In this document: positions 56,619 through 64,000 of the stretch, one piece after another
How positions within the stretch are numbered: position 1 is the stretch's first letter
How the letters are laid out: every line of letters starts with the position of its first letter
Virus record (IMG/VR): IMGVR_UViG_3300042914_004291
Coordinates: 1-64,000 of that record
Direction: 5' to 3' (one strand)
Origin: a virus
Length of the DNA: 64,000 nucleotides
Notes under the pieces: generated by a model
Told to the model about the DNA's origin: nothing
The model's database searches: none
Seen by the model: only the letters and a program-made list of their open reading frames with translations
Made by a program: the position numbers and the translations under genes

Positions 56619-57569
56619 TCAGCTCAGAGTCGGTGTCGATGAATCCCAGACGACCCACACCCCGGCAGCATAGATCCAGTTATCAGAACCATCGACCAAC
56701 TTGTCTCCATTCTGTCTGCCGCCCACGGTGCACCATCGATGACGGCCCGCTATCCCAACCCACCCCGACGACGTGCTGGCGGCGGCGTTGCGCGCGACGG
56801 GGATCTGCCACGGCACCTCGCGGCCACCGACGGGAGTTTGTCCCAGCTGTCCGCCGGTAGTGTTCCCGGCGGGCGCTAGCTGGCTGCTCCCATCATACAC
56901 CATGCCGTAGGCGATTCGCTGATTGGACGCGGCGGTTGTGTACCGCTTGTACCCGAGCATCGCCGACCCCGTAGTGATCGAGAACGCCCCGGTCGCAGCG
57001 AGTCCCGTGACGTTGTAATAACCAATCCACAGGTACGGGTCGGTGTCTTCTGATGCAGTGCTGCCCGTCAAAAGTGGCTCGTCTGCCAAGAATGTTAACA
57101 CGTTGCCACCACCAACAGGCAAAGCGAAAGCTGTCCAGCCATAGTTCACGGTATCAACCGTGATAAACCAACGCCCGGGTGTTGCACTGAACGCGCTAGC
57201 CGCACTGAACAATGCCGTCGCATCAGTGGCCGTACTAGCAGTTGTCGCGGTGGGGCTTCCACCAGTAAAACCAGCTTTTGACCGCGAGATTGTCCACGTC
57301 ACATCGCTTGCCCCGCGCTGAAAGAGCCACTCGCGCGAGAAAGCCCCCGGCGCGGCAACTCGAAACCATGCCGAAGTATTGCCAAGGTTTCCTGCACCAG
57401 AACCGGCAGAGCCATATGGGTTTGTTGATAGGTTGACGTTGTCGTTGCTGAGTGTCGTTGCGTCAGACCATCGTTTAACAAGCCATCCAGCAGTGCATAG
57501 CTCAGTCAATAATGAAAATATAGCGGCAGTGCCGTTCGTTGGGGATGTGACGTTTGTGTTGGTGGCCAT
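56619..57569 (-). CDS. Putative receptor-binding / tail appendage protein
   Basis: Gly/Ser/Thr/Trp-rich beta protein following a fibre-like gene; GC-rich. Confidence 0.55.
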   Translation of the reverse strand: MATNTNVTSPTNGTAAIFSLLTELCTAGWLVKRWSDATTLSNDNVNLSTNPYGSAGSGAGNLGNTSAWFRVAAPGAFSREWLFQRGASDVTWTISRSKAGFTGGSPTATTASTATDATALFSAASAFSATPGRWFITVDTVNYGWTAFALPVGGGNVLTFLADEPLLTGSTASEDTDPYLWIGYYNVTGLAATGAFSITTGSAMLGYKRYTTAASNQRIAYGMVYDGSSQLAPAGNTTGGQLGQTPVGGREVPWQIPVARNAAASTSSGWVGIAGRHRWCTVGGRQNGDKLVDGSDNWIYAAGVWVVWDSSTPTLS

Positions 57570-57580
57570 GATGTTTTGAC

Positions 57581-58909
57581 TTATGAAATCAGGAAGTTTA
57601 CGAAACCTACTGAAGTGTAAGTAGTGCCGCCGCTGACACCGCCGCTTTGGCTGAGATGCAATTCATAAGATCTAGCACTGGCAGGCATTGAGAAACTAGC
57701 AACCTGATAGCTTCCTATTGTTAAAGTGTTAGTTCCGCTCCACGACAGCGTTGCCGCTGTGGCGCTATCATTCTGGTTGTACAGTGACAAACCACCAGAC
57801 ACTCCACCCATGTTCATCCCAACAGCCTCAATGCTGATGGAGGCGCCAGTAGGATGATCGGCAGGATTGATATATGCATACCCAATCACAGTTGGACTAG
57901 TCAGATTGGTTCTGCTGTACCCTGCGACTGATATCTGTCTGAAGGAGCTAGAGAATTCCCATTGACCCGAACTGTTATAATTTGTTGTGATTCCACGCCC
58001 GGTCATGAAAGGTGTTGACCCGCTGGCATACTGTATCGATGCAGTCAACCCGGAAACAAACAAAGATCCGTAAAGAAAACCATTGACTTGGTTCGGTGTT
58101 GATGACGGCACAATCTCAAACCCAGCCGGGTCGTTGATTGAGCCAGAGATAAGCCTGATCAGCACGGGACGACTGGCAAGTGGTGAATGTACATCAATTC
58201 CGCCGCTATACACATCAACAGCGCCACGAAGGCTCATGTTGACAGTCAGTGGAGTTTCGCCTGGGTCCAAGGAAAAGCTTGGACCACCCTCTGCTAGCGA
58301 TCCGGAGAACATGCTGAATGTCCCTTTGTCGGATGCGACAAAGCCACCAATGCCACTAGGATCCAGCCCGCTAGCCCACACAAAGCTTTGTGTTACAATA
58401 GTGTTCGAATTCACCAGCAGCCCAGGGCCACTGCCAAGTTCAGTGAGTTGATCAATGTCTGAGTTTGATCCGCTAAGTGTTTTCATACCAACGGTTCCAC
58501 TGACATATGTGAAATCAGAGCTTCCGCTGAAAATGTTGTTATTGTTCAATTGAATGTTTGAGTCGTTGCCACCGGGCGCCGTTGTGGCGCCCGTTAACTC
58601 AAACTGGCCAGTACTGTTGTAATTCACAGTGAGTCCAGAACCAACAAGGAACTGATTTGTTCCATCAACCGTGCGAATTGATCCAGTGATCGAGCCAGAA
58701 ACTCTTACATCGCCTCCGAAAACTGCTCGTTTTGAATTGGAACCGGAAATATAGATGAAAACATCGGTCCCAATGCTGGCAGTCGAAAAACTAGTAAGAC
58801 TACCGGCCAAGTCGCCAGCCGAACTGGAGGGGTAAATAAGCAAAGGCAACGAGCCTGAAGATATGATTCTTCCAACCCTCAACTGATCTGCACGAAAGTC
58901 AAAACTCAT
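57581..58909 (-). CDS. SGS-repeat tail fibre-like virion protein
   Basis: Many xSGS motifs; PGG.D..IQ.N....F.G; internal repeat GSGLTVNYNSTGQFE / GRGITTNYNSSGQWE. Confidence 0.65.
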   Translation of the reverse strand: MSFDFRADQLRVGRIISSGSLPLLIYPSSSAGDLAGSLTSFSTASIGTDVFIYISGSNSKRAVFGGDVRVSGSITGSIRTVDGTNQFLVGSGLTVNYNSTGQFELTGATTAPGGNDSNIQLNNNNIFSGSSDFTYVSGTVGMKTLSGSNSDIDQLTELGSGPGLLVNSNTIVTQSFVWASGLDPSGIGGFVASDKGTFSMFSGSLAEGGPSFSLDPGETPLTVNMSLRGAVDVYSGGIDVHSPLASRPVLIRLISGSINDPAGFEIVPSSTPNQVNGFLYGSLFVSGLTASIQYASGSTPFMTGRGITTNYNSSGQWEFSSSFRQISVAGYSRTNLTSPTVIGYAYINPADHPTGASISIEAVGMNMGGVSGGLSLYNQNDSATAATLSWSGTNTLTIGSYQVASFSMPASARSYELHLSQSGGVSGGTTYTSVGFVNFLIS

Positions 58910-59607
58910 TGTTGTACCACTGCTAAATAATGCAGCTCGTTAAATAAAGGAGCAGATAGGCTGAGCTGAGCGCTCGTCTGTATGATGGACGCCGATGAGA
59001 TTGCAATCACATTTGCAGTGCCACTAGAACTAACATCGACAGTGCTCCAATAAAATGCTGTTGGCGTCGCGGCCAGATCAGCATATTGGAGATAGGCGTC
59101 CGAGCTGTTGCCTACGTTTTCATAACCAGCAGCAGCATAGTAAATCGTTGAGCTGCTCAAAACAGTTCGCCGCACAAATGAAGGATAGATTGGTGCGTAG
59201 ATCGCGCGATATATCAGCGCTCCAGAGAATGGTGCGGATGTTTGGATCATTGCTGTCGTGGCCGACAGGCTGCTGACAAAAAAATTAATATTGGCAGATG
59301 GGTCTGTCGTGTATTCTGGCGCTAGCGTCAACGTTATGATCGGCCTAGAGGTGAAAACAATGTTGAACGTGACACTCGCCTGAGTTTCATTGTTGAACTC
59401 AACACGATCTTCATCGTACTCGCCATAGACGATATCATCCGGATCAAACGTGAATGGATTCTGAACTAAAGGATGTGTGTTGTTGATCTGATAGGTTCTT
59501 GCACGATCAAACCATTCAGTTTGTTGTTCATACCACGACCTAGGCTGGCCGCGCGACTGGTATGTTTTCTTTGTCGTGTTTCTGCCGTAAGGTAGTATCC
59601 CAGCCAT
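58906..59607 (-). CDS. Putative virion structural protein
   Basis: ATACTTA upstream; VTF...F.S.P.I.LT beta-sandwich pattern. Confidence 0.55.
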   Translation of the reverse strand: MAGILPYGRNTTKKTYQSRGQPRSWYEQQTEWFDRARTYQINNTHPLVQNPFTFDPDDIVYGEYDEDRVEFNNETQASVTFNIVFTSRPIITLTLAPEYTTDPSANINFFVSSLSATTAMIQTSAPFSGALIYRAIYAPIYPSFVRRTVLSSSTIYYAAAGYENVGNSSDAYLQYADLAATPTAFYWSTVDVSSSGTANVIAISSASIIQTSAQLSLSAPLFNELHYLAVVQQ

Positions 59608-59634
59608 AACTGGGATAAGTATAGGAGTTTTGAA

Positions 59635-61215
59635 TCAGCCTAGGATTTCGGCTGCGATTGTTGCAAGTTGCGAACGTTCACCTTTGACCAAGGAGACGTG
59701 ACCGGCAATTGGGTTGTCTTTGAATTTCTCCACTACAGCAGTCAGGCCATTGCTCACGCTGTCAACGTCATTCCTGTCGATCTGTTCAATGTCTCCGGTT
59801 AGAACGATCTTGGTGCCCTCGCCTGCGCGAGTCAGGATTGTTTTGATCTCGTGGAGAGAGGTGTTCTGCGCTTCATCGACAATGATGAACGCGTTTGAGA
59901 TCGATCGTCCGCGAATATACGTCAACGGCTGAATCTCGATGATTCCTTCGTCGAAATACGACTGGAGAATGCTTTCTAGATGGCCTTTGTCAGATATGCG
60001 CATGGTTTCTTCAAATGAGCCACCCGAAGATTTGCGTGATTTCTTGCCATGGCTCGACTTTTCTTCCCCTCCGGCCATTCCGGCGTTTATGTTCAGAATG
60101 AAGCGCAGGTTGTCTTTGATTGGAGCCATCCATGGTTCCATCTTCTCGCTCAGTCCACCAGGAAGAAATCCAATGTCTTTACCGACAGGCATAACGGGAC
60201 GGCACACAACCAATGACGCATAACGTTTTTTGTTTAGGACTTGTTCTAAACCAGCATCGAGCACGCACAAAGATTTTCCTCCACCCGCGCGGCCTGTCAG
60301 CGTGACCAACTTGACGCCTTCATCATGCAACAGGTCAAAAGCAAGACGCTGTTCTCTGTTCCGCGGCTTGATCTTGGATGAACTTCCGCCATCTCCAGAA
60401 ACCGGTTTTAGTGGGCGTTTCGGGCCGACAAATCTTGCGAGATACGAGCTCTGGCCATTGCGCACAGATAGAAACTCGTTTGGCTTCAGGCTGCTCAGAA
60501 CATTTTCTGGCAACACGGCCTCAGCTTCCTGCCCGTTCATGCTGTACAGTTCCTGCACATCGAGCTCATCACATTCCATCAGGCCAGAATAAAGTGCGGC
60601 TGCATTTGCAACAACATTTAGTTTTCTGTAATCCTCGCACGTTATGCCAACCGTCTTACATTTGATACGCAAAACTGTGTCGCGCGAGACAAGAATGCAA
60701 GATTCATTTGCATCATAAGCCATGCAGAACTCAAGGATGGTGTTATCACCAGTGTTGTGTGACTGGAGTTCAACTGGAAGATTACGCTTGTTGGCGTCCC
60801 AGCCAGCAATATCGCCAATCGAGATGATTTTCATCATTCCAAGTCCGGGGCCGCGCGTAAACCAATGCCGCATGTCGGTGACGTCAGTAGAAATTGATTT
60901 AAGTTTTCTAACGAACTCACGCGCATTGCGTCCGACCTCGTCAGGGCGGTCTTTGTGTCGATCCATCTCTTCTAGGACGATGTACGGAATCACTATGTTG
61001 TGTTCATCAAAGGCCGCAAGAACGTTACCATCCGATAGCAAAACGTTTGTGTCAAGAATATATGTCTTGATCACTTTAGCCGCGGCCACCAGCACCTCAC
61101 CACCATCAACCTCGGCAACTGATTCAGCAGCCACCTTCACTACGCGCTTCTTCTTCCCACTATCTGCTGTTTTTTTACTTGTCGTCTTTGTTGTTGTCAT
61201 GTTTTTGTCATTCAT
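59635..61215 (-). CDS. phoH: PIN-PhoH (PhoH2-type) ATPase
   Basis: PIN domain YILDTNVL...IPYIVLEEMD; PRNREQ, G.AGGGKS, IGFLPG...EKM.PW, YIRGRS, DEAQN, GD..QID, GERS.LA. Confidence 0.92.
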   Translation of the reverse strand: MNDKNMTTTKTTSKKTADSGKKKRVVKVAAESVAEVDGGEVLVAAAKVIKTYILDTNVLLSDGNVLAAFDEHNIVIPYIVLEEMDRHKDRPDEVGRNAREFVRKLKSISTDVTDMRHWFTRGPGLGMMKIISIGDIAGWDANKRNLPVELQSHNTGDNTILEFCMAYDANESCILVSRDTVLRIKCKTVGITCEDYRKLNVVANAAALYSGLMECDELDVQELYSMNGQEAEAVLPENVLSSLKPNEFLSVRNGQSSYLARFVGPKRPLKPVSGDGGSSSKIKPRNREQRLAFDLLHDEGVKLVTLTGRAGGGKSLCVLDAGLEQVLNKKRYASLVVCRPVMPVGKDIGFLPGGLSEKMEPWMAPIKDNLRFILNINAGMAGGEEKSSHGKKSRKSSGGSFEETMRISDKGHLESILQSYFDEGIIEIQPLTYIRGRSISNAFIIVDEAQNTSLHEIKTILTRAGEGTKIVLTGDIEQIDRNDVDSVSNGLTAVVEKFKDNPIAGHVSLVKGERSQLATIAAEILG

Positions 61216-61248
61216 TCATTGTTTGGCTGGTGAAACAACTATCTTCTT

Positions 61249-61785
61249 TCACGCCGCATCAGTCAAGCCGCTGCCTTCATCATGCTGTTTTGCGCTAGTA
61301 GTGTCATCTTGTTCAATCAAGACAAACTTGGGCAAAGTTTTCGACGCAGCCTGAGACTCCAGTTTTTTCAACTGTTTCTTCTTATCGAGTTTTCGTTTGC
61401 GGACTAAATGTTGCTCAAACAGCAAACTAGACTTGATCATGATCGCGATAAGTTTCTTTTGTTTCTTCAGAGCTTGGCGCATGCGTTTTCCGGCTTCGAC
61501 ACTGTTTTTGAACAAGGTTTTGTAAACTTCGCCATTCAGTTGTTCCATCACAGCGCAATACTCGTTCCAAGTTTCTAGAAGATGTAAAGATAACACAGTG
61601 ACATCGACATTTGTACCTTCGGGTGATACGGTATTGTCTTTGACAGAGCTGGCATCCCTTGCTCGCCATTTCTGTGCTGATATCTCTTTCACGGTAGGTG
61701 GCCGATTGAACTTTTCTGCATTGGTTCGTTTGGTACCAGCCTTCTTCCATTCGTTGGTTCTTTCTAGTTTTTGGTCAGTTGCCAT
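61249..61785 (-). CDS. Basic protein with a histone H1-like (Hc1-type) segment
   Basis: N..AG.R.R.AL pattern (NSVEAGKRMRQALKKQKK), Lys-rich. Confidence 0.5.
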   Translation of the reverse strand: MATDQKLERTNEWKKAGTKRTNAEKFNRPPTVKEISAQKWRARDASSVKDNTVSPEGTNVDVTVLSLHLLETWNEYCAVMEQLNGEVYKTLFKNSVEAGKRMRQALKKQKKLIAIMIKSSLLFEQHLVRKRKLDKKKQLKKLESQAASKTLPKFVLIEQDDTTSAKQHDEGSGLTDAA

Positions 61786-61811
61786 GTTAGCACACAGTTT
61801 ACTATATTGAA

Positions 61812-62315
61812 TCAGTGTGACGCTTTGAACACGTCCATAAGAAGTTTTCCAATACTAAGAATCGCAGAAGCTATCAAGGCCCAGTATACCTTGCTCATGT
61901 TAGATTTTAGTTTAACAATCGCGTTGAGCTCATGAAGGTTTCGGCCACCGATCTCTTCCAGTTGTTTTTTCAGAGAGTCGTGGTCTTCGCGGATCTTCGC
62001 AATGTTTGCATCAGAATTTGCGAGGTCATGACTGGTCGGCAACCCATCCAGACTATCATTGATCGCTTGGAGGTCTTTTTCAACGGTTTTTATGTCGTGT
62101 TCAAGTCCTTGGATCTTGAAGAACAAACCTTTCTCTGGATCCATGATCTTTTCCTTGAACTTCTTGAGCTCAGATTCAGTGTTTTTCATGTTGTCGACCG
62201 TAGTCAACAGCTTGATCATGTCTCCGTGCAAAGGCGCGAGGTCACTAAGTTTTTTTGCCAACATTTCAAGAAGGATCCTGTCATCGTTGCTGTTCTGGTT
62301 GGTTGGTGGTGGCAT
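61812..62315 (-). CDS. Coiled-coil protein with a C-terminal membrane helix (holin-like?)
   Basis: Heptad repeats, then VYWALIASAILSIG. Confidence 0.55.
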   Translation of the reverse strand: MPPPTNQNSNDDRILLEMLAKKLSDLAPLHGDMIKLLTTVDNMKNTESELKKFKEKIMDPEKGLFFKIQGLEHDIKTVEKDLQAINDSLDGLPTSHDLANSDANIAKIREDHDSLKKQLEEIGGRNLHELNAIVKLKSNMSKVYWALIASAILSIGKLLMDVFKASH

Positions 62316-62457
62316 TGGCTCTTCGCAAACTCCTTTCGTGGTTCAATGTTGTGCTCTGTTAAACGATGTTTCAACAGAAACTAAGTATCCGCATTTGCTC
62401 CAGATTGTAGAATCGTGCTGCTTGCTATACAAGATTGAACTAGTTTGAAACAACTCC

Positions 62458-63954
62458 ATGGAAGCCAAAACAAGAAAAAAGCAAAGAAAACACACAATCA
62501 TCACTGACGAGACGCATACCAGAATTCTGTTGAAAAAAACTTCCGAGCAGATCCTCAACAGAATTTCTGCAACGAACAAATACAGTTTGATTTCTGATCG
62601 AGGCAATCATCTCGCCGTGGCAAATGACAGTTTCCAATCGATGTCAGCAAGAGCCAAAGCATGTTCGGATGCCGATGGGTTTGAAAGACTGTTGGTTTCG
62701 GAACTTTTGATCAATGCTGAGAACATCGAAAGACAATGTCATGGTGCGGGTGCTTTGTTCGCCAGAGTTCTACTGCAAACATTGACATGTGCCGACCAAG
62801 TGATCAAACATCAAACATCTAGATCGGAGATCAACGAAACCTACAACAGTTTGCGTCTAGGGCTCGTAGAACGTTACGTCAAGACTCCAGTGTGCATAGG
62901 AAAGAATGGACGTTTCAATGCCGCCAGCAAAACTTTAACACCCACAGTGTGCCGTGCATTAAACCTTGCAGGGCTTTTGGGCACAGTTTCCATCGAGAAG
63001 TACCATGATATCAACGGTGCCGCAGAATCGATTATAGAACGTTCTAGCGGCCATCGTTTCAGAGTGGATATCTTGCATGCGTTTCTCGGATCTTTGTCGA
63101 TGGGCCAGTTTGACACATGGGAGCGCACCGATGTGCGGGTTCTGATTGTTGATGGTGTTTTGAACACCGTGGCCGAGATTGACAAGATTCTGATCGGAGC
63201 AACCGAAACGAAGCAACCAACACTGATTCTATCCTCTTACTTTGAAGAAGAGATAGTTGCAACTGTTGCGGCGAACAACTTGGCAGGAAACTGTGACATA
63301 TTCTTGGCTTTGCTGCCGCGCGACAGTCTGGAAAGTGTCAACATGGCCAATGACGTGGCTGTGTGCTGTCTGTCAACTCCTATCAATGCGCATGGAGGAC
63401 ATGGCATGCTTGCGTTCCTGGAATATGCAGCGCTCTCCTCTGTGGAAAAAGTGCGAATCATCCCGGCCATTGCAACGCTGGAGATAATCAATCACAAGGC
63501 GCATAGCGCTGTGTCGACACAGATCCGTGGTTTGCAAGAAAAACTGACATCGCTGGCTTTATCAGGCACCGAAGACAAAGTAAGGGATGCCAGTTCGGAG
63601 CTCCTGAACAAAAGAATAACAAACCTGCTGAGCGACCGGGTCGTGATCAAAGTACCGGACAGTCAGGCTAGCAGTTCCATCCCGGAGTTTGATAATCAGA
63701 TCAGGTTTGCGAAATCCGTTTTGCAGTACGGCGAACTCAACAACACAAAGCAGCTCCGGAAATGGCTGACGTGGACAGTAAATAAATCAAATGACCCAGT
63801 GCTGTCAATGGTTGGGAAGAAGCTGTCTGAAGAACTATCTGTCAATTCAAGCCCCGTTCCTGGATTGACACCATATGCCGTGTTGTGGCTAGCATACTCT
63901 GTGGCAGTTCAGTATCTTGACGTCAAATGTGCTGTGGTGGTTGAGAAAGATTGA
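62458..63954 (+). CDS. Divergent GroEL-like chaperonin paralog
   Basis: Apical-domain similarity VLIVDG...VAEIDKIL....KQP.LI.....EE.VAT...N, DVA, L..RI..L; no GDGTTT motif. Confidence 0.65.
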   Translation: MEAKTRKKQRKHTIITDETHTRILLKKTSEQILNRISATNKYSLISDRGNHLAVANDSFQSMSARAKACSDADGFERLLVSELLINAENIERQCHGAGALFARVLLQTLTCADQVIKHQTSRSEINETYNSLRLGLVERYVKTPVCIGKNGRFNAASKTLTPTVCRALNLAGLLGTVSIEKYHDINGAAESIIERSSGHRFRVDILHAFLGSLSMGQFDTWERTDVRVLIVDGVLNTVAEIDKILIGATETKQPTLILSSYFEEEIVATVAANNLAGNCDIFLALLPRDSLESVNMANDVAVCCLSTPINAHGGHGMLAFLEYAALSSVEKVRIIPAIATLEIINHKAHSAVSTQIRGLQEKLTSLALSGTEDKVRDASSELLNKRITNLLSDRVVIKVPDSQASSSIPEFDNQIRFAKSVLQYGELNNTKQLRKWLTWTVNKSNDPVLSMVGKKLSEELSVNSSPVPGLTPYAVLWLAYSVAVQYLDVKCAVVVEKD

Positions 63955-64000
63955 TGTCAGAAGCTGTTGCGTCTAGCGGATTGTTCAAGTTTTTTCTTTG

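Noticed and set aside
60722-61354. 210-aa plus-strand ORF opposite phoH
   Set aside because: Antisense to a well-conserved gene, with no recognisable features.
1-64000. Alternative genetic code (stop reassignment), as in some jumbo phages
   Set aside because: Conserved genes are full length under the standard code, and TAA, TAG and TGA all terminate genes.
1-64000. CRISPR array, tRNA or rRNA genes
   Set aside because: No regularly spaced repeats or cloverleaf/rRNA motifs were recognised in the short intergenic gaps; this was by eye only.

Overview
This window is part of a jumbo myovirus-type phage genome (standard genetic code, dense coding, no rRNA, tRNA or CRISPR seen). Replication and recombination genes: RecA/UvsX, gp32-like SSB, DnaB/gp41-like helicase, 5'-3' exonuclease, Prim-Pol and a degenerate PolA-like protein. 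Nucleotide metabolism genes: IMPDH/GMPR, dut, nrdA/nrdB, thyA and a DHFR fusion. Host-type auxiliary genes: mnmA, clpP, PIN-PhoH, a GroEL-like protein and a MoxR/VWA pair. There is also a tail/baseplate module with a tape measure gene. Highlights: (1) recA is fractured into two genes carrying an atypically split intein (15-aa IntN, 124-aa IntC) around a free-standing Vsr-like endonuclease gene, whose 5' end is a recoded copy of the intein-less recA junction. (2) About a dozen proteins share an N-terminal leader ending in hydrophobic-x-E, like T4 capsid-targeting/prohead-protease signals, and carry ART-, GNAT- and glycosylase-like domains. (3) A recurrent nTAnTTA candidate late promoter is distinct from many TTGACA-N17 early promoters. 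(4) A ~100-bp element is shared in frame by two unrelated replication genes. (5) A likely programmed +1 frameshift lies in the tail/baseplate chaperone gene. All family calls come from motif recognition by eye; no database search was run.
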